Origin: Octopus vulgaris
Taxonomy: Eukaryota
Assembly: GCA_951406725.2 (NCBI GenBank)
Contig: OX597823.1
Location: 104,532,001 to 104,596,000, forward strand
Direction of reading: 5' to 3'
Length of the DNA: 64,000 nucleotides
In this document: positions 13,367 to 27,039 of the stretch, piece by piece
Layout of the letters: each line of letters starts with the position of its first letter
Numbering within the stretch: position 1 is the first letter of the stretch
Translations under genes and position numbers: made by a program
The notes under the pieces: model-generated
The model's input: the letters and a program-made list of their open reading frames with translations, nothing else
Databases searched by the model: none
What the model was told of the DNA's origin: nothing

Positions 13367-13671
13367 AAAGGGTAAAGAGAGGAAATAGCAGTGTACTACT
13401 AGATGTATCCTTTTTTCTACCTGAAGAATTTTGGTCCTGTTACTGATCTATTAACACTGCTATACTCACTTGACACTAACCAGGGGCTTTGTTAGTCTTG
13501 ATATTTGTTTACCAGCTGCATGGGGTGAAGCAAGTGAAGTAAATTGCCTTGTTTAAGAGTACAATGCAGCTCCCAGTTTGAGAATTAAACCCACAAACTT
13601 ATTGAGAGCCAAGTTATTTAACCACTATGCTATATGCCTTCTGCATTAATGTATTTGGTTTGAAATTTCAG

Positions 13672-13867
13672 GAATTCAATGCCCATAAAAAGAAAGGACA
13701 AGGTTTGATCAGCCGAGTCACCAACTCCCTTCACAACATAAGTGCTTCATACATGATGAAAAACCGGCCTCCTGAGTTTGCAGTGATGCACGACTACGTG
13801 CAGTCTTTTGGTGATAAACTTGCATCAGTAGATAGGATTACTCAGCGAATACTCAAAGAACAGAGTG
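13672..13867 (+). CDS. SNX30: SNX7/30 exon (linker/BAR start)
   Basis: tttcag|GAA...AGT G|gtaagt; 196 nt, ends phase 1; EFNAHKKKGQGLISRV...RPPEFAVMHDYVQSFGDKLASVDRITQRILKEQS. Confidence 0.9.
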
Positions 13868-14404
13868 GTAAGTAAGGCAGCTGGAATTTATTCTTCGTCT
13901 CACACCATTGATTTGATTAGTTGAAAGATTCAGTTCCTGTAGAACAAGGATTATTCTTTTGTTGCTCGGCACCATCTTTCATGGAAAGGTGGTTTACAAG
14001 CATCCCTCTCCATGTTTTGCTTGAAAGGAAAAAAAGAGAAAAAGGAAAACCAAAACAACAGATTATTTTAATCAGACAGAGGCTAATTTTGCTTATGCTT
14101 TCCCACAAAAGGTAAAGTTTCCTGCTAGAGTCATACTAACTCATAAGGGCTACTTTTTCCGGTTTCCATAGTGTATATATATTCCCCACTTGGATGAAAC
14201 ACTGGTCTGTTGCAGGATTATCCATTTAAAGTGTTTTTCTCAAGAACACAAGGCATCACTTGGTCCAGGAATTGAAACCACAATCTTAAGATCACAAGTC
14301 CAGCACCCTAACCACTAAGCTACTTGCCTCCACTACATGCTATCCCATCCATCCAGCACATACCTCTTATTAGTTATCACTTCCCCGCATTTTAAACTTT
14401 TATG

Positions 14405-14745
14405 ATATAGCTGTGTGATTAATAAGCTCGTCTTCAAGCATATAGTTTTGGGTTCAGTCCCACTATGTGGCACCTTGGATAAATATTTTCTATTATAGCC
14501 CTGGACTAACCAAACACTTGTGAGTGGATTTGGTAGATGAAACTCTGTGTGTGTCCCTCTTGACAACTGACGTTGGTTTGTTTACATCCCTGTAACTAAG
14601 CAGTTTGGTAAAAGGGACCAATAAAATAGTACCAGATTTTTAAAAAAATAAGTACTAGCAGGTGATTTGTTTGATTAAACACTCTAACTCAGTGCCTCAG
14701 CAAGGCTGTAGTCCAGTGACTGAAGCAAGTAAAGGATAAAAGATA
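14405..14745 (+). mobile_element. SINE family A copy
   Basis: gggttcagtcccactatgtggcaccttgg...ggatttggtaga...gactgaagcaagtaaa. Confidence 0.75.
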
Positions 14746-15231
14746 ATCTGCTCTGTAAAGCTGAGGAGTGATGTACCAAAAATATACGGGACCTTGGCAC
14801 ATTGTCAGTTTAACTTATCATATTTTAATCCTGACAAAGATGGGCTTTTGAAAATGTGTTTAAAAATTATTATACTTGGATTAGATATTTTTTAAAGAAA
14901 AATCATGACCCATCTAAACGTTTAGTGCTTGCCCTCCCATAGTTATCCTTGACCTTCACAACTGCCTTGTAATCTCAACCCACCACTTTCACCAAAGGTA
15001 AATGCTTCTGCTCAGGTTAGGAACTGCTGATGTAGGCAATTTACAGGCCTCAATCATCATCATTGTTTTAACATCCACTTTTCCATGCTCATATGGGTTG
15101 AATGGAATTTGTTGAAGCAGATGTTCTATGGCTGGATGCATTTCCTGTTGCTAACCCTCACCTGTTTTCAAGCAAAGTAATATTTCCCTGTGACCAAGTA
15201 AATGAATATAATATGACATATGTATGTATAC

Positions 15232-15690
15232 ATCATCATCATCATCATTTAAAGTCCGTTTTCCATGCTAGCATGGGTTGGACGGTTCGACCGGGGTCTG
15301 GTAAGCCATGGAGGCTGCACCAGGCCCTAGTTTGATTTGGCAGTGTTTCTACAGCTGGATGCCCTTCCTAACGCCAACCACTCTGTGGGTGTAGTGGGTG
15401 CTTTTTACGTGCCAGATGAGGCTGGCAAACAGCCACGATCGGTTGGTGCTTTTACGTGTCACAGACGCCAGTCAGGCGGCGCTGGTATCTGCCACGTTCG
15501 GACGGTGCTTTTTACGTGTCACCGGCACGGGTGTCTTAACTACAATTTCCATTTGAATTTTTATTTTGATGTTGATGTACTTGACTCAATAGGTCTCCTC
15601 AAGAACAGCGGGTCACTCTACGATCCAAGGTTAGCTCAGCAGGCCATCCTGCGACCCATGAACTCCATTTGTCGGGTCTTCGAAGTCACA
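15232..15690 (-). mobile_element. Family C repeat
   Basis: (CAT)n then ttccatgctagcatgggttggacg...ctacagctggatgcccttcctaacgccaacc. Confidence 0.78.
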
Positions 15691-15705
15691 GCATATATAT
15701 ATGTA

Positions 15706-15740
<35 letters not shown>

Positions 15741-16583
15741 CTATCTGTATGTATGTACAGCAAATTTCTGTCTGTTTTCTGTCTACCGAATGTCACTTGC
15801 AGCTCATCAAATCAAGGCTGTGACAGGGAACTGCTTTCTATGGCTGAAGACCCTTCATATTGCTGACCGTTACTTGTTTCTTCATGGCCAGACACGTTTT
15901 TCATGGAAGACTGGAAATAACATTGCTTGTATGGTTATGATGCTCAGTTACAACCATCATACATAGGTTGTTAAGCCTAGATAAAAAAAATTGGTTGTTC
16001 TGTTATTTACAGAAGGATGCCATAGTATTGGTTCCTAGGAAGCTATAACCTTTGCTGACAACAAGAGGATTCCATCTCTCAGCAAAATGAAATGCATCTG
16101 ATGTCAGTGTATGAACTGTGTGGAAGTGAAGTGTGGATCACTGAATGTGGAGGAATGTGCAAAAGATGGAAAGGAACAAAGCAAGAATTGATCTGCTAGG
16201 TGCGTGCATGAATGATGAGGAACAAATGAGTAGAGAGAAACGATGGGTGTAAGTTGAAGCAGTTGTGGTGTATAGGAGTGACTACATTGGTGTGGATGTG
16301 TAACCTAAATGGATGATGAGAGGCGGGTGAAGAAGAGGCAGGAGATGAATGTGGAGGGAATTGGTGGAAGAGGACGACCTACTAAAACATGGGCAAAAGT
16401 GGTGTAGGCTGATCTCAGGAAGCTGAACCTCACAGATAAGGGAATGCAATGAGTGGGATGCTGTGCTGGAGAGGACATTTCCAACCAATACAAGCATGGA
16501 AAAGTAGGTATAAACATGATGATGATGTGTATACACAGTGTAATATAGAAAAAACAAATTCTCCTGTTTATGTAACACAGACT

Positions 16584-16890
16584 CATCATCATCATCGTTT
16601 AACGTCTGCTTTCCATGCTAGCATGAGTTGGACGAATGACTGAAGGCTGGCGAACCAGTTGGCTGCACCAGACTCCAATCTGATCTGGCAGAGTTTCTAC
16701 AGCTGGATGCCCTTCCTAACGCCAACCGCTCCAAGAATGTAGTAGGTGTTTTTACGTGCCACTGGCACGAGGGCCAGTTTTGTGGTACTGGCAGTGGCCA
16801 CGCTCAAATGGTGCTTTTTATGTGCCACCAGCACAAGTGCTAGTAAAGCGACACAGGTAACAATCACGCTCGACTGGTGCTTTTTACGAG
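16584..16890 (-). mobile_element. Family C repeat
   Basis: Same diagnostic segments. Confidence 0.78.
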
Positions 16891-16981
16891 CCCTTTTAGA
16901 AATATATTTGTACAACTTTGTTTACCAAATTGAATTAAATTTACAAAATTTCGTTAATTTCTTTATTTCTCTGTCTTTTAG

Positions 16982-17112
16982 AATATGTAGAAGAATTGAA
17001 TGATTGGAGTCCAGTGTATACACTTTGGTCGAATTCTGAAGATAAACTGACCCCAGCTCTTCTTACAATGTCCAGAGCAATTGAAGCAAATTGTGTGGCC
17101 ATTAAAGAATCT
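16982..17112 (+). CDS. SNX30: SNX7/30 exon (BAR domain)
   Basis: ctttag-type acceptor|AA TAT...TCT|gtaagt; 131 nt, restores phase 0; (E)YVEELNDWSPVYTLWSNSEDKLTPALLTMSRAIEANCVAIKES. Confidence 0.9.
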
Positions 17113-17164
17113 GTAAGTGATCGGAATTACATTTACAATTGCTTTATTAAGATTTTGAATTAAG

Positions 17165-18115
17165 TTGGGGAGCTGGCAGAATTGTTAGCATGCCATGCTC
17201 AGTGGCATTTCGTCTGTTGTTACATTCTGAGTTCAAGTTCCACTGAGGTCAACCTTGCCTTTTGTCCTTCCAGGGTTAATAAAATAAGTACCAGTTGAAA
17301 ACTGGGGTCGATGTAATCCACTTAACCCCCTTCCTTGAAATTTGAAACCATTGTTGTTATTATTTTTTTTCCCCTTCTTTCTTCAAATTTTCTTCCATTT
17401 CTTGCCGAGTGTTTTCCGTACACCTAGGGCAGAGAAGCTCATTGTATGCATTCCCAGATTACACATGCAAATTCACAGATAAAATATGTATTTAAAAATT
17501 AATAAATAAATAAATTCATGGATGTATGTTGTTTTCACAGTGATAATGCTCTTCTCAGTACATGAGCTGTCCTAGTTAATGATTTTTTGCACTTCTTCTT
17601 CTTCTTCTTATGGTGGTGAGGTGGCTGAATCATTAGCATGCCAGGCAAAATACTCAGTGGCATTTCATTCATCTTTTTTCTGAGTTCAAATTCTTCTGAG
17701 GTTGACTTTGCCTTTCGTCCTTTTCTGATTGATAAAATAAGAACTACAGAAGCACTGGGGTCAATGAACTTGCTGGCCTCGTGCCAAAATTTGAAACAAT
17801 ATTTTGAATGAATAGCAGTTCTTTTCCTTTCTTATTTATGAAAATAGTATTTGTTTCTTGGAATTTTAAGAATATTTTTTATTATTGGAATACAGAAGAT
17901 GGTGAGTGTGCAGAATCCTTAGTATGTCAGATAAAATGATAAGTGGCATTTTTTCCAGTTCTTTACATTCTATGTTCAAATTCTACCAAGGTCCACTTGG
18001 CCTGTCAACCTTCTTAGGTCAATAAGATAAAGTACAAATCAAGTAGTGGGGTCGATGTAATCTACTGCCCCCTCCCCTCAAAACTGCTGGCCTTATACTG
18101 CAATGTGAAACAATT
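17165..18115 (+). mobile_element. Cluster of three SINE family B copies (~17165, ~17610, ~17898)
   Basis: Each has ggcagaat..ttag...gttcaa.ttc...aggt..ac.ttgcct core. Confidence 0.75.
17365..17593 (-). mobile_element. R4/Dong-like LINE 3' end
   Basis: Reverse strand reads VQKS..LG(T)AHVLRRALSL* with a frameshift, like the QK..LLGTA.ILR C-terminus of REL-endonuclease LINEs; flanked by trinucleotide runs. Confidence 0.5.
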
Positions 18116-19759
18116 GTTAGAATATAGTTGTTGTATAGGAGCAAGCTTAGTTGTGTGGTTAAAGAGCCTACTTCACAACTGCATGGTTTTCGGTTTGATC
18201 CTATTGTGTAGCAACCTGGTTAAATGTCTTCTACTAAAGACTTGAGCTAATCAATGCCTCATGAGTAAAATTTGGTAGAATTGAAACCACATAGAAGCTT
18301 GTCATGTGTGTGTTTTTCTTCACACTTCTTCACTTTGGGCAGCATGGACATTTGCTTAAACATCCTGCAGTTTAATGTTTTGGTGTACAAAGGCCAGGGG
18401 AATAAAGTACCTGACCTGAAAACAAGTGAGGGTTGGTATCAAGAAGGCCTCCCATACTGTTTAAATAAGTCTTGTCCAACCGATACCATCATAGCAAAAT
18501 CAGACTTAAAAGCGATCATGATAGATTTTTGTTAGCCCCAGGTCAGCCATAATTGAATTTAGGGTGGTTTAGCTGCTCTTCTTTGCAACTCCTTAAAAGC
18601 TTCCTTTCTGGTTTTATTTCTCTCACAAAATTAGTAGTTAAAACAAACTTTTCCAAAATCTTAAAGTACCATTGTTATCTGTTACTGTTGTTTCGGCCAT
18701 GCTGTAACAATGCCTCAACTTAAAGTGTCAGCAAACAGCTTTTGCCTAAACTAAGAACAAGTCCAACCTTTTCAATGCAAAGGCACTGACAATGAATTGG
18801 TCTCAGAGTGTGACAGCTGTTTATATTATTTGACCTCCAGAAATATGTAATAAAAATTCAATCTTGGTATGATTTGAATACAGAACATTGATTCAAAAGA
18901 ATACAGGGCATGACTCTGGGTGGAATTTAAGGTCTTCTCTCAGTTCTTGTTGGTTTTGAATTGTCATAGATGTTCCTGTAACTTTGCTTTTTTTGCTAGG
19001 GAGGGGGTGTTAGGCCTATGCTAAATCATGTTTTACTTTTGAGAAGTAGTAGTCTATTTTAGTTGGGCCTCTGTCCTTTCACTTGTCCAACATGGGAGAT
19101 CCTGTCAGAAGCTTGCATTTTACTAGCATAGCTCTCATGGTTATTGAGGCACACCAGCCACCTCATCACAAGAGCTGAGCATTGTGGTGGATATTGAAAG
19201 ATTGGATACGGTAGAATATAAGGTAGAATGAAGCATAGTGTACAATAAATATTTAAGGTACAATAAAATGTTACCTTCTTTCTGTTTTGTTCATTTCCAA
19301 CTCTTTTAAAAGAATGAAATGCCAAGCAAGGTAAATGAGGAACTTCTGCATGATCACTCAATCAGCTAGAAATAAGAATTCAGTTTCTCTCAGATTCCAT
19401 TTGTCTTAAAAGGAAGGAAAGTTAGCTATAAAAAAAACAACAAAACAAAACAACAAAACAAAGCATGGTGTTCATAGCAGTTACATCTTTGTTTTTTGAA
19501 GAAGTGTGTTTTCAGTTAGGAGGCTGACCTGTAGCTGAAAATAATAATAGTTAGGGCTTCGGGTGAGAATAGTTGCTATTGACATCCTGAGATATGAAAG
19601 TAAACATTTTGCTTTTTCCTTCTTGAACTGATGAAATTGAAATCCTGTTATCCAAAATTTTAACTGGATTAAAAAATAAACATCATTTTTATCTAAGGAC
19701 AATGTGATCTCAAATATAATGCCCTCCACCACCACACTCCAATTTTATTTATCTAGTAT

Positions 19760-20830
19760 AGTGGGTGCTTTTTATGTGCCACCAGTACAGGAGCCAGTCA
19801 TGTAGGCCTGGCATTGATCATGTTTGGATAGTGCTTTTTAAGTGCCACTGGCACAGGGGCCAGTCAGGGGGTGCTGGCATTGGCTACGTTCGGATGGTGC
19901 TTTTTAGGTGCCACCGGCACAGGAGCCAGTCAGAGAGTACTGGCTACAGCTACGATATTGGTCAAGCATATCATATTGCCTGATGCATCAGGTGTACTCT
20001 TAACTGTGCCGGACATGTGTGACTGCAATCTCACTTTAGTTGTCGGGTCTTCTCAAGCACAGCATATCTTCAAAGATCTTGGTCTCCTGTCATTGCCTCT
20101 GTGAGGCCCAATGTTCGAAGGTCATGCTTCACCACCTCATCCCATATCTTCCTGGGTCTACCTCTTCCGCAGGTAGGGAGTGGCACTTCCTCACACAGCT
20201 GTCCTCATCCATATGTGACATATGACCAAACCAATGGTGTTGTCTCTCTTGCACACCACATTTGATGCTTCTTATGTCCAACTTTTCTCTCAGGATGCTT
20301 ACACTCTGTCGTGTATGCATACTGACATTTCACATCCAGTGGATCATACTAGCTTCATTTCTTCCAAGCTTACACATGCCCTCAGCAGTCATGGCCCATG
20401 TTTCACTGCTGTGTAGCATGGCAGTTCACACACATGCATCATACAGTCTACCTTTCATCCTGAGCGAGAGGCCCTTAGTTGCTAGCAGAGGTAGGAGCAC
20501 TCTACCCTGGCTATTCTTATTCTAGCTGCTACACTCTCAGTGCAACCACCCCAACTACAGACCTGGTCACCTAGGTAGTGGAAGCTATCAACTGCTTCTA
20601 GTTTCTCCCCCTGGCATGTGTTGGGAATCTGTTTTCTGTACCTCTTCAGTGTTTATTGCCCCAGTGCATTTGCCACACACAAAACTATCTTCCCAGTTAA
20701 CCTTCCTTTGATATTGCTGTAGCTTTTGTGTGTCCATAGCTTACACTGGGTACATCGTATGTAGTTTCTACCTATGCCTTTTCTACAGATTGAGCAGGGG
20801 CATCTACCAGAAGGGGTTTGTGATTTGAAG
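19760..20830 (-). mobile_element. RTE-clade LINE 3' fragment with repetitive 3' UTR
   Basis: CPCSICRKGIGRNYIRCTQCKLWTHK and LREKLDIRSIKCGVQERQHHWFGHMSHMDEDSCVRKC (RTE R.RWFGHV.RM motif), followed by the gcacc...gccagt subrepeat UTR. Confidence 0.85.
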
Positions 20831-20968
20831 ACCTTCAATGACCAGTTTTGTAATTTTCCATATTTTTTTTGTCTTGTTGCCAGTGACCGGAAATATTCTG
20901 TGAAAGCTGGAAACACCCTGTTCACTAAGTCATGTATTTACATATTTCTTTGTTTCTTTGATGTGTAG

Positions 20969-21037
20969 ATTGATGAAATTGAAGAATCATTTTGCCAACC
21001 CCTCAAAGAATATATGTTATATACTGAAGCTGTAAAG
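20969..21037 (+). CDS. SNX30: SNX7/30 exon (BAR domain)
   Basis: gtgtag|ATT...AAG|gtgagt; 69 nt; IDEIEESFCQPLKEYMLYTEAVK. Confidence 0.88.
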
Positions 21038-21129
21038 GTGAGTAGATTCCAGTGTTTACGTCCACTCATTTGTCCAGTCTGCCCACTGTTCCTGGGAGGG
21101 TTGTTGGGGGTAGAGTCTTGAGGAACCCA

Positions 21130-21420
21130 TAATCTAATCAGAAGCAGTTGTCATTAGGCTTCCCAACTGGGTCCTCAAATGTGACCAACAAAGGCTATGG
21201 ATATTATCCAACTGTCTCACTCTTGGTCTACCCCTAGGTCTTTTGTAGGTTGTCTTGGTTTGAAGAATGTGTCTTGTGATTCTTTCCTGGACATTCTAAT
21301 TACATGTCCATAGTACTGGAGCTGTGACCTCTCAGTCTGGAGAAGTAACTGCTCAGTCTGACAGACTCTGTCATCTTTGAGTTAGACACCCTTTCAAATA
21401 ATGTTACTCCAGAGATTACA
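21130..21420 (-). mobile_element. RTE-clade LINE 3' fragment (second family; related copy ~36390-36620)
   Basis: ERSQLQYYGHVIRM...RPRGRPRVRQLDNI on the reverse strand with a frameshift. Confidence 0.7.
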
Positions 21421-21663
21421 TTCTGTAATAATTATATTTCACACTTTTTCTATCATTAACACATACCATTATTTCATATGTTAATACTGTCTCTTCAGAA
21501 GGATAAATGGCAAATGACCTTTGTATTTCTTTCAACCAACGCATCTACTGCTGGAATACCTTACCCTGATTAAGACGTTGGTGTTTAAGAATTCAATCTG
21601 TTAGAGCATTAATTTAACACCTGTCTATTCTATGCTTGCTGTAGCATCTCACCCAATATATAT

Positions 21664-22020
21664 ATCATCATCATCGTCATTTAACATCCACCTTCCATGC
21701 TAGCATGGGTTGGACTGTTTGACTGAGGACTGGCTAGCCAAAAGCTGTACCAAGCTCCAATCTGATCTGGCAAAGTTTCTACAGCTGGATACCCTTCATA
21801 ACGCCAACCATGCTGAGAGTGTAGTGGGTGCTTTTATGTGCCAGTCAGGTGGTACTGGCACTGACCACGCTTGGCTGGTGCTTTTTATGTGCCACTGGCA
21901 TGGGTACCAGTCAGGCAGTACTGGCATCCATGCTGGTGGCACGTAAAAAGCACCATTCGAGCATGGTTGATGCCAGTGCCACCTGACTGGTCCCATGCCG
22001 GTGGCATATAAAAAGCATAA
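21664..22020 (-). mobile_element. Family C repeat with internal inversion
   Basis: Minus-strand tail and body followed by plus-oriented subrepeats from ~21930. Confidence 0.7.
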
Positions 22021-22194
22021 CCTCATATACTTAGTGTATATGCTTCATGTATTTGCTGGTCAGTTGTGATTTAGTGTGGTAGGGAATACTCTCTGAGATA
22101 TTTGCTCAAAGTGCTGTGCAGTGGGACTGAACCCAAGACCACATGTTTGGGAAGTAAGCTTCTTAACCACACATACCTGCGAATGTATACCTTT

Positions 22195-22520
22195 TACTTG
22201 TTTCAGCCATTAGAGTATGGCCATGCTGGGGCACTACCTTGAAAGAATTTTAGTCGAGTGAATTGACCCCACTACTTATTTTTTAAGCCTGCTGCTTACT
22301 CTATTGGTCTCTTTTGATGAACTGCTGTTACAGGGCACATAAACATACAAAAACTGGTTGGGGACGCGCACACACACACACACGACAGTCTTTCAGTTTC
22401 CGTCTACCAAATCCTTTCACAAGGCTTTGGTTGGCCTGAAGCTATAGTAGAAGACACCTGCCCAAGGTGCCACAGTGGGACTGGATAGAGAAACGTTGGG
22501 AAGCAAACTTACCACACAAC
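22195..22520 (-). mobile_element. SINE family A copy (opposite-strand copy at ~22968-23180)
   Basis: Colinear with 532-897. Confidence 0.75.
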
Positions 22521-23968
22521 CAAGCTGGAGGGAATGCTGTGCCCATGTCCCTTTATAGGGCCTCTGAGACTAGTGGGAGGGAGAGAAGGGGGTATCCTCA
22601 AACCGGAGACCTGCTCTTGAATGCTTACAAGAGAGTGCACAACTTTAGAGGTAAGATTTTTAGGTGGTGGTGTTAAACTGGTTGGCTGCAGTTTAAGTCT
22701 ACCACTCAGGTAGGCCATGTCAGGATTTGAGCTCAGGACACCAAAGAGTCAGGACAAATACTGCAAAGGCATCTAGTCCATTGTCGTTATAGTTCCACCA
22801 GTCCACTGCCCTGGATTGGGACTTTTTTACTGACCATGAAAGAAAAAAGGCAAAGTTAATCATGAAATTTGAATGCAGAGTGAAGAGAGCTGGAACAAGA
22901 ACCATGAGGCATTTTATCCCATACACTAATGAATTTGCCAGTTTGCCACCTTATCCACACACACGTACAGGTGCAGCCATGTGGTTAGAAGCTTGCTTCC
23001 CAATCACGAGGTCTTAGGTTCAGTTCCACTGCATGTCATTTTGGGCAAGTGTCTTCTGTTACATAACCCCAGGCCAATCAAAACTTTGAGTGGTTTTGGT
23101 AAGTGGAAACTGAAAGCAGTCACTTGTGTGTGGTTGTGTGTACCCTTGTCTCAGCTTCAATGTGATGGTCGTTAACAAGCATCATCATCATCATCATACA
23201 AGTCATGTCATTCATTTCCAGTCTTTCATCAAAAACATGTCGAGCTATGAAGAAATATTACCTTGCTTGAAAATAGGTAAGGGTTCTCGCTGTTGGAAAT
23301 ATTCAAGGAATTTTGTCTGATCCATGCAAACATGGAAAAGTGGATGATGGATGATGATACATATTTGTTCACTCATGCATGCCCGTCTATCCATCAGCCT
23401 ACCAGGCTGTCATCTGTCCTTGTCTCTTTATCAAACTTTAGCTTTTCAACACCTGGAATAAAGCCCCATCTCAAATACCCGACCCCATTTATTAGTGGGA
23501 AGTTTTAACATTTTTCCCCTTGTTCCTTTTCTATTTTGCAAGTTATTTGGTAACCTTCCCTGTGCTGGTGACATGAAAAAGTTATCTGGTACACATTGTA
23601 ATGTGGTTGGTACTAGGAAAAACATCCAGCCATAGAAACCATACCAAAGCATGGCACAGCCCTGCAGCTCACCAGCTCCTGCCAAACTGTCCAACCCATA
23701 CCAGCATGGAAAAAAGACGTCATATGCAAACTTTGTGGAGAGATGAAACTGCTCTTTATAATAATTAAAACTTATTGAAGAGGGAAATGAAAATCTTTTT
23801 AAAATATTTTACATTCTGCTGCACACATTTAATGATTAATGATTCCAAAGTGTGAGCTGGAATATCTGTCAGAAAGGAAAGTACAAAAACCAAATGTAGA
23901 AAAGGGAGCCAATGGGAAGTAAATATTTTCGTGGGATTAAAATTAAAATTTTTGTTTGTTTATTGTAG

Positions 23969-24055
23969 ACAGTTTTACGTCGTCGTGATGCTATCCAAGC
24001 AGAATATGATTGGACTATAGATGAACTTGACAAGAAAAAAGATGAAAGAGAACAG
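23969..24055 (+). CDS. SNX30: SNX7/30 exon (BAR domain)
   Basis: ttgtag|ACA...CAG|gtatca; 87 nt; TVLRRRDAIQAEYDWTIDELDKKKDEREQ. Confidence 0.88.
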
Positions 24056-24815
24056 GTATCAATTATATTTCATCATTTTGTTTAGGTGCAGCTTGTTGTA
24101 TGTGACTTGTGTGCTAGATGTGTGTGTGTGTGTGTGTGTGTGTGCCTGTTATTTGTCTTGTGTCACTGCTCCCTTTTTATTTTAGGTAATATACTTTAGA
24201 CTATATTATTGTTAATAGGTTTTTTGTGTGTGTGATGGTGATTAGGGTGTTAGGGATGATCTTGGTGAGATTAGTGCTGATCAGGATGGTATTGCTTAGC
24301 CATAGATTATCACTATTCAAGCGAACCTTTGATCTAAAGTGTTCCAGCCTTGACACTACTGTTAATTTTATATCGGTCAGTATTCACTGACTAATATAAG
24401 TTGGTAGTGATTGTGAGTTAGGATGTATGCAATTAGTACAATGCAAGTCCAGAGAATGGCATTGATCTAATTCAGAGCTGCTACAATTAAAGGTTTCTTT
24501 CAGACTACAGTGGGCAGCTTGGAGTCATTGTGTCTCAAAATGAATGCCAATAACCTTAGCCTAAGAAGAAGGGCAAATGACAGTATAATTATGTAAGCAT
24601 GACTTATAGATAAATAGAAATTATTTACCAGTAATAACCTGGATGTATGGAATGATAACTTGATATTGTTGTTTAGACCCAGTTCATCCTTGATTAAGCA
24701 GACCAAAGTATGATGAAAAACATTTCAGCTATGACCATAGCCTCTCATTTTTTTCCCCTTTTGGTATACTATACCCTGGATTACATTATCCATTCATTGT
24801 GTCTGATTTCTAATT

Positions 24816-25238
24816 GTGGAGGGAACCTGCAGAAGGGGTAGACTCAGGAAGACATGGGAAAAAGTGTCGAGAAAGGATTTTCAAACACTGGACCTAATGG
24901 AGAAGATGACAGGGGATCGGGACTTGTTGTTGTACTTGGGAAGATCCGTCAGCAAAGTAAAACTGTTACCATCCATACATACAGGCATGTCCTTCATGGC
25001 TCTGCCCATGCTCCCTCTCCCAGGTGAGAGACCTTTGTCTTGCAAGTGCTGGTGCTATGTAAATGCACCTGTGCTGGTGGCATGTAAAAAGCACCCAGCA
25101 CACTTTGTAAATTGGTTGGCATTAGGAAGGGCATCCTGCTGTAGAAACCATGCCAAAACAAACAACTGGAGTTTGACCAGCTCCTGTCGAATCGTCCAAC
25201 CCATACCAGCATGGAAAGCGGACGTTAAATGATGATGG
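24816..25238 (+). mobile_element. RTE C-terminal fragment plus family C 3' UTR
   Basis: EGTCRRGRLRKTWEKVSRKDFQTLDL then the family C tail; similar arrangement at ~3250-3590 (-). Confidence 0.78.
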
Positions 25239-27039
25239 TGTGTCCATTTTTCTAAAGGTTGTGATGTTCGAGGGAGATTTCCTGCAATTCAAGCAGGAAA
25301 GTCAAAAGTGGTCTCCCTTGATTTTCAAACTGGCGCATGAAATGGTTTCATTTCAACCCTGTAAGGTAACTGAACACCAGCCAGTTATTGTGTTCCCACT
25401 GCTTACCTCAGTAATCTTTATTGTCCGAACCTATTTATTTGCAAGAAGGTGTACCTTTGTGGCATTTTAGTACTTTTGACTGGGAAAAAAAAATCAGTGA
25501 TGACATCATGTAAACTAATTAATTAAACACTGCGGACCCTCTGTTGAGACTCTTACCTGTGGCTCATTTACAATCAACTTTAATAATAATCACATTATTA
25601 TTAAAGAGGAAAGATCCTGCCCAGGTTCTCTTACCTCTCCATCCTCCGAAGGTCGATAATAGGTTCAGGGGTTGATATAAGTGACGGCAAAATCGTTTCA
25701 GGTAATAGGCAGGCAGCAGGACCAAGGTTCAATAAATAATTAATTTTACTCTAGCAGTCATACTTAGTTGTCTGCCCCTGCATTCGTAGTTTAAATTCCC
25801 TCCAGTAGACCTTTCACCTATTAAAGATCAATAAAATATTCTGGAATTCAATTCGGTAAACTGTAGACTTAACAATGGTGGGAAGCTATGATTGGAGGAA
25901 CATTTAATATAAACCAAACACTAAAAGGAAATAAGTAACTTGGAGTAATTAAGACTGATTATCTGAAAAATATTCTCAATAGACAGTTCTCTCTCTCTCT
26001 TGTGCACATGTCTGTGTATATTCATGTATGCATGTTATATAGTTAATAAATGTCTATTTAGTCTTGCTGAGAAAAATGAATCTGTAGATAATAAACTAGA
26101 ATCAAAGCTTGAACCAACTAGTAGTTATATTTATATATGTCTATATATTATCATACTGCATTAGCACTTTAGTGAAGTGTATGTGTATAAGACTTAGAGA
26201 TGAAATTTATCCAAATGCGGAAACAAAAGCTTCAATTGAGGAGCCTCTGAGTAAACTTGGTAATGGCTGTTGTTTTAGTGAGTTGGAAAGAAGACAGGAC
26301 CCTGCTGCTACCAAAGAAATGGTCATACTTGATGTTCCAATTCCATACACTGCACTCAGTGTGAACTTTAGGTGCAGAAGAGATATAGTGGATTCACAGG
26401 CAAAGTGACAGTGAATAATGACTTTATATGTGGTTGATGTACAGGAGTAATTAGCCATCAGATCAATAGTGAAATAGTTTGTTTGGATGATTCCATAGAA
26501 GTAGTTAATTACTTCTGCTCCCTAGGTGGCCTTATCAGCTGTGGCAGAAGGTGGTCTGAAAGCTGAGTAAGACTGTGGTAGAATCGGTTCATGGACTTAC
26601 TACCTTTGATTGGCAACAATGCAGTCCTCTCTTCCAGGGAAGGGTAGATTGTATAATGGTTGTGAATGAAGGGCAGCGCTGTTGGAAGTGAGACCTGAGC
26701 ATTGAATGTGGAGGTTGTGAGGGAGATGAAGTGAACATTCTCTGCCAGATGCTGGTTGTTGTGTGTTTAGATAATGTGGTACAGATGAGTTGAGCTGAGA
26801 GTGAGAAAGTAAAAAAAGGAAGATGACTTCATTAGTATGGATATGGAATTATAATGGAAGAAAATTCCAGGAGAGTCAAGTGGAAGGAAACTGGAGGATG
26901 ACGACAAAGGAAGAATTTGGCAGAAATGGTGGAAGTTGATCTTGAGATGTTGAACCTCTCAAACGAGGTGGACTGGAATGAGTGGCACAAGAGAGAGAGA
27001 GAGAGAGAGAGTCTCACCAGCTGTTGCATGTAGGAATGA

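Noticed and set aside
15337-15966. 209 aa ORF
   Set aside because: Antisense read through a family C repeat and (TG)n; no ATG start or domain.
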